NCBI RefSeq assembly: GCF_006345805.1
Contig: NW_021824167.1
Coordinates: forward strand, 1 to 19,745
Length of the DNA: 19,745 nucleotides
From: Octopus sinensis
Taxonomy: Eukaryota
Reading direction: 5' to 3'
The first letter of the stretch is position 1. Each line of letters begins with the position of its first letter. Positions 1 to 9,150 of this stretch are shown here, in pieces. The notes beneath the pieces are model-generated. The model saw only the letters and a list, made by a program, of their open reading frames with translations. It was not told the origin of the DNA and did not search any database. The translations under genes were made by a program, and so were the position numbers.

Positions 1-37
1 ATAGGTGTATATATAAGTACGTAAGCAAACGCTCTTA

Positions 38-260
38 TACACATACATACATACATACATACATACATACATACATACACACACACACATTCTCCTTCTT
101 TCTGTGTTTTTCTCTCTCTGTGTATCTTTCTGTTGAAGAGCGTAGGCTCGAAACGTTAAAGACTTGTTTTATTTATATTTCCTGAGCGCCATACTAATAC
201 AATTGTTCGTTTGTCTTCCACCTGCCTTCGTCTTTTGTTTATTTTCATAAAGCTTCCCGT

Positions 261-292
<32 letters not shown>

Positions 293-393
293 CGTACATA
301 CATACACACACACGCACATATATATATATACATGTGAATATATATGTGTGTATGTATGCGCATATATATATGTGTGTGTGTGTGTATATATAT

Positions 394-448
<55 letters not shown>

Positions 449-715
449 CATTCGTACATGCATATGTATGTATATATGTGTGTGCATAGGTGGGAGGGGG
501 AGGTAAAATTAGATGTCGGAAGTGTGGTATACTGTTGAAAGAAGAATTTCCGGCATTTCGGACACGGTACCGAAAGAGAGTACAATTTCATTTTGTACTT
601 TAATCCACGTGGGAGTACCTACATCCTTCGTGACTTAATGACAAGCTTGTGTAACTTTACACTTTACCAATGAATGCAATTCAGTTTTCGCCTATGTGGA
701 CAACCACACACACAC

Positions 716-763
<48 letters not shown>

Positions 764-1200
764 ACACACACACATACACACACACACAAATGCACACACA
801 AATACACAGAGGCAGGCACACCTATATATGTATATATACATTTGTATGTGTGCGTGTGTGTGTGAGAGTGTGTATGTACATACGCATACACAAATATATA
901 TAAATATGTGTATACATATATGCACATATATATATATTATATACAAATACTCATGTGCGTGTGTATATTGACTTTTTGTATGTATGTGTGTGAACGCATC
1001 TATGTGAGTGTATGTGTTTGTGTGTGTGTGTAAATACATACGTACATACATACACACATATTTATACATATATATATAGAGAGAGATAGATATACATTTT
1101 CACTCACCTACACACACACACACACACACAACACACACACACACACACACATACATACACACACATACATACGTGTGCACATACACACACATACATACGG
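38..1200. repeat. Cluster of compound microsatellites: (TACA)/(CA) 38-90, (TA)/(CA)/(GA) 262-485, (CA)/(TA) 703-1200
   Basis: Directly visible; unique spacers at 91-258 and 486-702. Confidence 0.95.
91..258 (+). mobile_element. Short retroelement-end fragment with a hammerhead-like motif (Penelope-like terminal repeat type)
   Basis: Contains the CTGTTGA-A-GAGC-GTAG-GCTC-GAAACGTT motif between microsatellites. Such motifs typify Penelope-like terminal repeats; the family assignment is inference. Confidence 0.45.
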
Positions 1201-1877
1201 ATACATGATCCCCTTACAACACCGGATGTACTGAATATTGTAGGAGACAAGATTATTAATATAAATTTCTCTTATTAGTTGGAGAGAAAAAATAAACAAA
1301 ATGTAAACAAGAATCTTGTGGCAACTGTTAGAATCTCTCAGGAAAAATAAAAGAGGAATTGATTAAAAAATTAATTAATCTTTCAAAATTATGTGACGGG
1401 TTAGTGGAAAGTTTGATCCTTGTTTACAAGCAAAGGAGCTGCTATGGACATAGGTTTCGATTAATATGACTTCGTCAGTGAAGTTCAATGTATTTCGAAC
1501 CGGCTTTGTTTGGTTGGCGAAGATTTTTTGCGTATAAATAGAGAGTTACGAAGAATTTTTGGCTAGAAGAGATTTTATAATTAAAAATAAGATAAAATGA
1601 GCCAAGGGTAATAACTCAAATGGGTCAATGGAATTTAATTTGGAAAACTAAATTAAAGAAAGGGTGATGTACTGAATGCTGTACAGAAAAAAAAAAAGAA
1701 AGGAAAAAGATAATCTTGATTATCTGAAATTTCTTTCTTAGCAGGAGGAATGTACTTAACCTGGATATTTTAGGGGTGCTGTGGAGGGTAAGGTGAGAGG
1801 TGGTGCGGTCTCTTGCTTCTCCCCGACCCTGCTGCTCAAATAACAAAGCTAGAAGAATGGTGCACTTGGTTGACACT

Positions 1878-1935
1878 AACACCGCCGTCGCCGCCGCCAG
1901 CACCACCAGCAATACCATCACTACTACTACTACTG

Positions 1936-1972
<37 letters not shown>

Positions 1973-1973
1973 A

Positions 1974-2008
<35 letters not shown>

Positions 2009-2200
2009 CATCACCACCACCACTAATACTTTACCACCTCTGCCACCACCACCATTACCACCACCAGCACCAGCACCAGCAGTAGCAGCAGCAGCACCAC
2101 CACCACCACCACAACCACTACCATTACTATCACAACCACCACCACCACTACTATTACCACCACCACCACCACTAACAATAACAGCAACAACAATAACTGT
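1878..2200. repeat. Compound trinucleotide low-complexity tract (CGC/CAC/CTA/CAG/CAA)
   Basis: Directly visible; explains the poly-T/P/L/V ORFs. Confidence 0.95.
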
Positions 2201-2322
2201 AGAAGTTCTAAGTGCTACCAAAAACAATTCCTCATCACTGACCTCTTCAATTCTTCACTTTCCACTTCAGTCTGTGCTTCCAAACAATGAGCTTTTGTCA
2301 GTTTCCTTGAGTTTCAGTCAAC

Positions 2323-2323
<1 letters not shown>

Positions 2324-2397
<74 letters not shown>

Positions 2398-2447
2398 GTC
2401 TGTCTGTCTGTCTGTCTGTCTACCTGCCTGCCTGCCTGTCTGTCTGT
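2324..2447. repeat. (TATC)n grading into (TGTC)n/(TGCC)n
   Basis: Directly visible. Confidence 0.95.
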
Positions 2448-2733
2448 CCACCGTAAATAGGCACTCAGATATAGCTGTTTTAGATAGCTAAAATGTCCAA
2501 TTTTTAAAATGTAACTTACGAGAAGTAAACCAAAAATATACCAAAGGTAAAACTCCCAAAAAGCCTGAACATTTATTTTAAAATGTTCTGCTCAATGACA
2601 GAAATAAGTAATATGTGTGTGTGTGTGTGTGTGGTGTGTGTGTGTGTGTGTATGCGTGTGTGTGTGTGTGTGCTGCGTGTGTGTGTGTATATTACATATG
2701 TATATGTATATTTTTATTAATTTTACCGGAAGG

Positions 2734-2951
2734 AGGGGGCGAGCTGGCAGAAACGTTAGCACGCCGGGCGAAATGCGTAGCCGTATTTCGTTCTGGGTTC
2801 AAATTCCGCCGAGGTCGACTTTGCCTTTCATCCTTTCGGGGTCGATAAATTACGAACCAGTTACGCACTGGGATCGATATAATCGACTTAATCCGTTTGT
2901 CTGTCCTTGTTTGTCCTCTCTGTGTTTAGCCCCTTGTGGGTAGTAAAGAAA
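2734..2951 (+). mobile_element. tRNA-derived SINE, near full length (family A)
   Basis: A-box-like TGGCAGAAACGTTAG and B-box GTTCAAATTCC. About 95% identical to the inverted copy at 13205-13434, apart from a 12-nt deletion. Confidence 0.9.
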
Positions 2952-2953
2952 AA

Positions 2954-3125
2954 GGCATTTCATCTGTCTTTACGTTCTGAGTTCAAATTCCACCGAAGTC
3001 GACTTTGCCTTTCATCTTTTCGGGGTCGATAAATTAAGTACCAGTTACATACTAGGGTCGATCTAATCGACTGCCCCACCTCCTCCCCAAAATTTCGGGC
3101 CTTGCGCCTAGAGTAGAAAAGAATA
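2954..3125 (+). mobile_element. SINE family A, 5'-truncated copy
   Basis: Shares the B-box and the core GTCGACTTTGCCTTTCATC..TTCGGGGTCGATAAA with the other copies. Confidence 0.88.
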
Positions 3126-3131
3126 TTTACC

Positions 3132-3222
3132 AGGAGGAGGCGGCGAGCTGGCAGAAACGTTAGCACGCCGGGCCAAATGCTCAGCGGCATTTCATCTGTC
3201 TTTGTGTTCTGAGTTCAAATTC
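3132..3222 (+). mobile_element. SINE family A, head only (3'-truncated)
   Basis: GGCGAGCTGGCAGAAACGTTAGCACGCCGGGC head through GAGTTCAAATTC. Confidence 0.88.
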
Positions 3223-3292
3223 TCGCCCTGTTGCTTCTCCTAAATGTTCATAAAAAATATACATATGCTCAACTTTGAGTCATATTTTAGTT

Positions 3293-3552
3293 GTAGCGGA
3301 CTGGGTCTAAAAACATTGGTTGCCAGAAGACTAAGGGGGCCCACCTGCAACTACAATGCTATAATTTATTATTATTTTTTTTGTTAAAAGTATTCTTTTC
3401 AACTGTCTACAAAAACAGCCAGGCTGAAATAGTTAATGCATTCTTCCAGGAGTGAATAAAAATTCTCAAACTTGGGCCCCCATGTATGGCTTCTAATGGC
3501 GCAGTGGCCCACATACCATCGGGGAAGCTGGCAACCTGGCCAGTCCGCCAGT
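3293..3552. mobile_element. Probable degenerate MITE (about 260 bp)
   Basis: GCGGACTGG at 3296 is the reverse complement of CCAGTCCGC at 3540. A subterminal GGTTGCCAG/CTGGCAACC inverted pair and internal GGGCCC motifs are also present. No clear TSD. Confidence 0.45.
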
Positions 3553-3616
3553 GCATAAATATGTATATATTTATATATATATATTAAGGCCAGCACTGAG
3601 CTAGCAGAATTGCGAC

Positions 3617-3635
3617 AAACACATGCGCATGCACG

Positions 3636-3698
<63 letters not shown>

Positions 3699-3707
3699 AC
3701 AAACACA

Positions 3708-3765
<58 letters not shown>

Positions 3766-3790
3766 ATAATGTCACAAAAACACATACACA
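3617..3790. repeat. (CA)n microsatellite
   Basis: Directly visible. Confidence 0.95.
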
Positions 3791-3837
3791 AATGTATATC
3801 TGACTCTTAACTCTCTCTTTTTGTTTTTCTTTTTCAG

Positions 3838-3900
3838 ATTGAGTTAAACCGATTAAATGAATCTGGCGAAGAGATTAACAGATTGGAGAATGACCTGGAT
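3838..3900 (+). CDS. SH3BP5: SH3BP5-family protein, first coding exon visible in window ([21 protein letters not shown]), phase 0-0
   Basis: Polypyrimidine tract plus TTTTCAG acceptor; GAT|GTAAGT donor; 63 nt open. Peptide matches the family N-terminal helix as recalled for human SH3BP5 (ELEKLNQSTDDINRRETELE). Confidence 0.88.
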
Positions 3901-4860
3901 GTAAGTCAAGCCTCCTCTCATCTTGAGTGTGAACGTGTATGTAAGTGTGGATGTATACTTGAGTGTGTGTAAAATCGACCGAAGAGACCAACAGAATGCA
4001 GTAACACTTCGATGCAAGTGGTGCTCATCTCGCTTGTGAGTGTGAGTATGGGTGTAAGTATGCACTTGAGTTTCTGCATACATGTCATCGTCGTGACGAC
4101 CAATCCGACTTACGACCGATCGACTTTACAATGAATGGCGCACCAGCTCCCAGCAGTCGTAATATATAGCCCAGTTGAAGTCTAATGGGTTTAATTTCTT
4201 AGAAATTAACCCGTCTACGGATGACGCCAGCTCACAAACGTTTACTCTAGGTTTAGTTTTCGATCGCCACTCAAATGTTGGATGAATATCCGGTCGCGGA
4301 GACATCGTGGCAGCCTTGTATTTGTTTATTAGATGACTGCTTGAGACTCCGAACAAATAGCATTGTTGTAGTATAATACAGAATGTTGTGTGTGAATTTT
4401 GCCTGAGAATGTACGTTAAGAATGTGCAAATATAAAGCAAAGCTATGTAGGCCTATAGATCAACTTACGACAAAATCGACTCACGATCAGTCAGTCAGAA
4501 CCAATAGTGGTCGTAAGTGCACGACGACCTGTAATCTAGCAGTGATGAGATTAAGACAGGAAAATGTATTAGATACAAGTTGATCTTTCTCTTATTTCTC
4601 AAGTAGGGGTACATGAGTGTAGTACCCTCAGGTGTACTTACTTTAGTATACCTGAGTGTATGTGAATTGACATGCTTGAGAGTATATCTCTGTGTATGAA
4701 GAGATTGGGAGTGGGCTTGGATGGAAGGGCAGCATTCTCTTGTTGTTGTGTGTGAATGTCAGTCCATTGAATGTCTGTTTGATCCAGTGAAGCTATAAGC
4801 TGACTGAAGAATGACTTGGATTTGAGTGGCACTTTCTCCTATCTTGAGTGTAGTTTACAT
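3860..4860 (+). repeat. Degenerate tandem array of about five 100-150 bp units; unit 1 overlaps exon 3838-3900 and its donor
   Basis: 3981-4019 matches 3868-3906 at 29/39; 4783-4851 matches 3862-3930 at 48/69 ungapped; further copies near 4533 and 4698. Confidence 0.8.
4081..4531. mobile_element. Tc1/mariner-pogo(Tigger)-type MITE
   Basis: TA on both sides (4079-80, 4532-33); imperfect TIRs CATGTCATCGTCGTGACGACC versus reverse complement CAGGTCGTCGTGCACTTACGACC; internal CGACTTACGAC-like repeats. Removing it restores the periodicity of the host array. Confidence 0.78.
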
Positions 4861-4874
4861 AAATGAAAATATAT

Positions 4875-4953
4875 TTTATTCTTTTACTTGTTTCAGTCAT
4901 TAGACTGCGGCTATGTTATAAATAATTGCGTATAAATACATCGACCCTGGTAC
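4875..4953 (-). mobile_element. SINE family B 3'-tail fragment
   Basis: Reverse complement of the CAGT..AATGACTGAAACAAGTAA tail seen at 7794-7944 and 15370-15592. Confidence 0.7.
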
Positions 4954-5324
4954 CACATCCACACCACATTTCCACCCGCATACCCTATCACTGCATACTC
5001 CGCCTCGCCTCGTTGTACACTATACCTCCTTGCAATCCCGCCTTATTCCGGAGGATGTGAGCGAGTTGGGTGTGGATGAGCCGACAGGAACTAAACAATG
5101 ACTAACGAGCGCGCACGCACACTCACACATACATACACACTCACACATGCGTATACCCACATAAATACAAGCCCACACACACGTATGCACACACGCATAC
5201 ACACAAATACAAACACACAGATGTATACATATACACGTTTGCACGGACGTGCGAATGTGTTTGCATACATACATACATACATACATACAACATACATACA
5301 TACATACATACATACATACTACAC

Positions 5325-5738
5325 AGGCTGGATATTGTTTGGAATAGAAGGGCAAAGGTACGTGTCATCATACATATCTTTTTGAAAATTAAAGAAAAAG
5401 AAGATATCTATGGACAACTGCTTCGAAACCTCCAGCTTCTATATCTAGACTATGGATTCATATTCATACCAATAATTATTGGAGTACTAGGTTTTGTTAG
5501 TAAATGCTTAAAGGAGAATCTGGATAACCTGGGATTTTCAGAAAGAGAAATGGACCGGCTAATTCGTGCATTACAAGCGCAATCTGTAAGTGGAACAGTA
5601 AAAATATGCAAGAATTTTCTCAAGTTCCAAATGTGAATTTGTCTGTGTTAACTACATCCCATGACGGAGATTTGCATCATTGTTGAAAACAGGCTCCCTC
5701 CTCAGTGGAAGATTTATAATAATCAAAAGATAGAAGAC
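5325..5738 (+). mobile_element. 5'-truncated non-LTR retrotransposon with restriction-like endonuclease (R2/R4/NeSL-type) C-terminus and 3'UTR
   Basis: Remnant RLDIV-WNRRAKVRVI (decayed PD..D/E region), then KIKEKEDIYGQL...FIPIIIGVLG...LQAQSVSGTVKICK, a typical RLE-LINE C-terminus. Flanked by (TACA)n on both sides. Confidence 0.75.
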
Positions 5739-5767
5739 ACATACATACATACATACATACATACATA

Positions 5768-5902
5768 CAGTACCGTTCGATCACTGGAGGCGATGAAATC
5801 GACTCCCCTTCACCCCCCAAATTTCAGGCCTTGTGCCTATAGCAGAAAACATTATTATTATTATTATTATATTATTATTATATTATTATTATTATTATTA
5901 TT
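5768..5902 (+). mobile_element. SINE family A 3' fragment with (ATT)n tail
   Basis: AAATTTCAGGCCTTGTGCCTATAG tail resembles 3090-3125 and is followed by an (ATT)n run at 5851-5902. Confidence 0.7.
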
Positions 5903-5929
5903 TAATATTTTCGCTCTTTTTCCTCTTAG

Positions 5930-6238
5930 AAAGCCCGTTCCGACTACCAAAACATATTATCCAACCGAACACACGAACTGGACCAACTCTCGTCACACAT
6001 CCGCAAGAGCATCTCACTGTCACGTGCTTACTACGAGAAGAAAGACATTTCGAAATGCGTCCAGGAAGAGACACTTCGAGCGGCTCGCCATTTCCAGACG
6101 GCCAATAGTATTTACCAGGCAGCCAAAGAAACGATCTTGCTAGCAGAAGAGAAGCTTCTGCAAGAGAATTCTGATGAATGTCACACTTCAGAATTGTCTT
6201 CCTCAACTCAGGAAGCATTAAACCATGCTATTATTCGG
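5930..6238 (+). CDS. SH3BP5: SH3BP5-family exon, 103 aa (KARSDYQNIL...AAKETILLAEEKLL...QEALNHAIIR), phase 0-0
   Basis: Acceptor CTCTTTTTCCTCTTAG; donor CGG|GTATGT; 309 nt open. Contains family motifs AAKET(I)xLAE and LNHA. Confidence 0.92.
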
Positions 6239-6590
6239 GTATGTTATTTTGGGTGTTACTTAAAGCATACTTGTATCTCGGGAGGGCCACAATGTTAATA
6301 ATAATATTAAATACACGCACTGGTTCTATTTCACTTCTTTTATTATTGTTGAATTAGTTAATATTTGACTAATAAGCTAATCGATTGTTTTATTAGTCAC
6401 GCAGTCAATCAGTCAATTAGCAAGCTTTATCAAAGTCTTTTCATCGACAAACCCTCTTTACTCCATATCTGGAGTAGAAAGAGCATGTCCATTGACAAGA
6501 TGATCGTCAATGGCAAATAAAAGAGTTCGATTCACTGAACGATTAATCAAGCAATCGATTAACGAATTGGTTTAATGCTAAGTAATTGAC

Positions 6591-6591
<1 letters not shown>

Positions 6592-6637
<46 letters not shown>

Positions 6638-6850
6638 GCTATAAATTTTGCCACATGGGCAGCAGTTTTGGGGGAGGGGACTAGTCAATTACATCGACCC
6701 CAGTGTATCACTAGTACTTATTTTATCGACCCCGAAAGGATGAAAGATAAAGTCAACCTCGACGGCATTTGAATTCAGAACGTAGCGACGGGCGAAGTTC
6801 CGTTAAGCATTTCGTCCGGTGCGCTAACGCTTCTGCCAGCTCGGCGCCTT
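6592..6850 (-). mobile_element. SINE family A, full length, antisense to gene, with (ATT)n tail
   Basis: Reverse complement gives the head GAGCTGGCAGAAGCGTTAG, B-box-like GAATTCAAATGCC and the shared core; the tail is the (AAT)n at 6592-6635. Confidence 0.9.
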
Positions 6851-6933
6851 AATAATAATAATAATAATATAATAATAATAATAATAATATAATAATAATA
6901 ATAATAATAACAACAATAATAATAATAATATTT

Positions 6934-7088
6934 CCCAGGGCCAGCTTTGTCACATTCTTCCTGAGAATTTATGTTAAGAGTACTCGTGTTTATGGAATGC
7001 TCAGCCACTTGCAAGTTAATTTCACGAGCAGGCTTTTTCGTTGATCGGACCAGCTGAAACACTCATCGTCGTAACCGACGGAATACTA
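6934..7088 (-). mobile_element. Probable short interspersed repeat fragment (family unassigned)
   Basis: GC-richer island ending, on the minus strand, in an (ATT)n run (6851-6930); terminal hairpin CGTCG-TAAC-CGACG. No second copy in the window to confirm it. Confidence 0.35.
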
Positions 7089-7352
7089 GTTAACATCAAT
7101 TTATCATCTGTTTGACATATGTTTATGGCATCTGTTTAGCGTATCTCATAACTTTCTATTATCATCCTTTTAGAAATATACTAAAACAATGTCAATAGCG
7201 TTGTACTAACATCTTTTTTAAACCACACAGTCCAGATGTCCTTTTTGATATATCTCTTTTGTGACGTTCCGTATGGCATCTGCTTAGCAGAGCTCCGACA
7301 TCTGTTTGACATTTGTCTGATATCTGTTTGACGTCTTTCTCTTATATTTCAG

Positions 7353-7483
7353 TTAATGGAAGCGGAAAGAGAGAAACGCAAACGCGAAGAAGAGCATCAC
7401 CGCACGGCGTCCATTTGTTCTGAACTGGAGGTTTCCATTAAGAAATACGAACGTCTCTATACTAAAGCTATCGCTAAATCCAG
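7353..7483 (+). CDS. SH3BP5: SH3BP5-family exon (LMEAEREKRKREEEHHRTASICSELEVSIKKYERLYTKAIAKS), phase 0-2
   Basis: TTTCAG acceptor; CAG|GTAACA donor; 131 nt. MEAE and KAIxKS motifs continue the family alignment. Confidence 0.9.
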
Positions 7484-7499
7484 GTAACATTGTTTTCCT

Positions 7500-7664
7500 C
7501 TTTGTCGTCGTCGTCATCATCATCATCATCATCATATCATTAGCATTGTCATCGTCATCATCCTCTACGTCATCGCCAGCATCGTCATCGTCGCCATCAT
7601 TATCACTTTTATTATTATCATCATCATCATCATCATCATCATCATTATTATTATTATTATTATA

Positions 7665-7701
<37 letters not shown>
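7500..7701. repeat. Compound (GTC)/(ATC)/(ATT) trinucleotide tract filling intron 7484-7715
   Basis: Directly visible. Confidence 0.95.
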
Positions 7702-7702
<1 letters not shown>

Positions 7703-7715
7703 CTGACATTTTCAG

Positions 7716-7758
7716 ACCTTATTTCGAAAAGAAGAATGAAATGAAGGAAGCTCTCCAG
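7716..7758 (+). CDS. SH3BP5: SH3BP5-family small exon ((R)[14 protein letters not shown]), phase 2-0
   Basis: TTTTCAG acceptor; CAG|GTGTGT donor; 43 nt. Completes the conserved KS(R/K)PYFE motif with matching phase. Confidence 0.9.
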
Positions 7759-7793
7759 GTGTGTACAAAAATCAAATATTTCTCATTTCCAAA

Positions 7794-7944
7794 TTTATGC
7801 TCTCGTAACTTAGTGGTTCGCCTAAAGAAACTAATAGAATAAGTACTACGCTTAAAAAAAAAGAGTCCTGGGGTCGATTTGTTCGACTCAAACCCTTCAA
7901 GGTGATGCTCCAGCATGGCCCCAGTGAAATGACTGAAACAAGTA
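7794..7944 (+). mobile_element. SINE family B, 3' half
   Basis: Colinear similarity to 15420-15592 (CGTAACTTAG..GTTCG...AAGTAC...CTTCAAGGTGATGC.CCA.CATGGCC...AATGAC.GAA.CAAGTAA). Confidence 0.82.
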
Positions 7945-8007
<63 letters not shown>

Positions 8008-8052
8008 ATACATATATATATACTAACACACAATGCATACATACATGTATAT

Positions 8053-8087
<35 letters not shown>

Positions 8088-8190
8088 TATGTACGTACAC
8101 AGACACACCACGTATTTATGCATATATATATACATATAAAGATATACAAGTAAAAGATAAAAGATACACACGCATATATACATTCAAATG
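7944..8190. repeat. (TA)n-based compound microsatellite
   Basis: Directly visible. Confidence 0.93.
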
Positions 8191-8254
8191 TATACCATAT
8201 ACGTGTAACATGAAAATAGTCTTAAACCATCTTCTTCATCATCATCATCACCAA

Positions 8255-9150
8255 CTCCTGGGTGCTTTTATCTCGGGTCCTAGAACTCACAGTGCCGATT
8301 ATCCGGTTTACATGGTGTACAAGTAACCAAGATCATAACGTTCTCTCTGTTCGTTGCAGGCTTTGTCCGTTTCACGACTGAGTGGACCGGAGCAATGTGA
8401 AATGATGTGTTTTGCTCAAGAACACAATGCACGCCCAGTCCGGGAAGCGAATTTTTTTTCCTACGTGAGTTCCGGACTCCAGTAATGAACTCATTTGCAT
8501 ACAGCCAATCAGAGCTTACCTTGACCTTGCTGTCAAGTTAACAAACACACTCTACCAAGTAAACTCAAAACGAAGAAAGGTGTTGTAATTCGACCGATCG
8601 CCAAGTTATGCCTGATTTTAGAAGGAGACAAGTAATTAGATAGATTTGCATCTATACCTATCATCGGAATTTGTTAGGGCCCCATATGGTAAAGATGTGG
8701 ATGGGAAAAATGTGCTAGCAACCCTTTCCCCTTACTGTTTTACAAAGTAAACAACAACACAAATAATTACGCAGTGGCAGCCATGGTTGAAACAAGAACA
8801 AGGACAACAAGCATTATTAAAAGAGAAAAGAAACAGTCATTCCTTACCCAAGTGACCTTATCTTATCACCCATCACTTGCTATGCGCTCATAAATTAGTG
8901 TGATAGTCGAGCTCTAATTGGCTGTATGTAAATGAGTTCATAACTGGGGCCCGGAAATCTCGTGGGGAAAAATTTCGTGAGTGGGACGCCTGTTCGTCGC
9001 AGGCTTTGTTCGGTTCACAGCTGAGTGGGCCGGAGCAGTGTGAAATAATGTGTTTTGTTCAAGAACACAACGCACTGTCCAGTCCGGGAATGGAAACGAC
9101 GACTTTGCGATCGTAATTGCAATATCCTAACCACTAGGCTGCGTGCCTTC
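8255..9150 (-). mobile_element. tRNA-derived SINE family C, split by a MITE, with an internal 100-bp duplication
   Basis: Minus-strand head GCCTAGTGGTTAGG (A box), a decayed B box and a TGTGTTCTTGA.CAAAACAC central motif; 8347-8446 repeats at 8990-9090. Confidence 0.75.
8448..8977. mobile_element. MITE with about 70-bp terminal inverted repeats (530 bp)
   Basis: 8448-8516 versus reverse complement of 8910-8977: 47/54 identical in the core, both beginning CGAA(A/T)TTTT. No ORF. Confidence 0.85.

Noticed and set aside
486-702. Possible promoter (CGGAAGTG ETS-like site, CCACGTGG E-box, CCAAT)
   Set aside because: Short motifs expected by chance; no linked first exon or TSS evidence.
1396-1452. 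FDPCLQ resembling the SH3BP5 DPRIQ motif, as a candidate first exon
   Set aside because: Bounded by in-frame stops with no ATG, no pyrimidine-rich acceptor and no credible donor (CAA|GCAAAG). The first exon is probably upstream of the window.
1625-2456. 200-218 aa ORFs on both strands
   Set aside because: They arise from a stop-free trinucleotide tract and lack splice signals or protein-like complexity.
4956-5078. 10-bp perfect inverted repeat CATCCACACC/GGTGTGGATG
   Set aside because: Does not extend, has no TSD, and lies in CA-biased sequence; likely chance.
6934-7088. Possible HDV-like ribozyme in the minus-strand repeat fragment
   Set aside because: I could not build a consistent P1/P1.1/P2/P3 pseudoknot from this copy; a covariance search would be needed.
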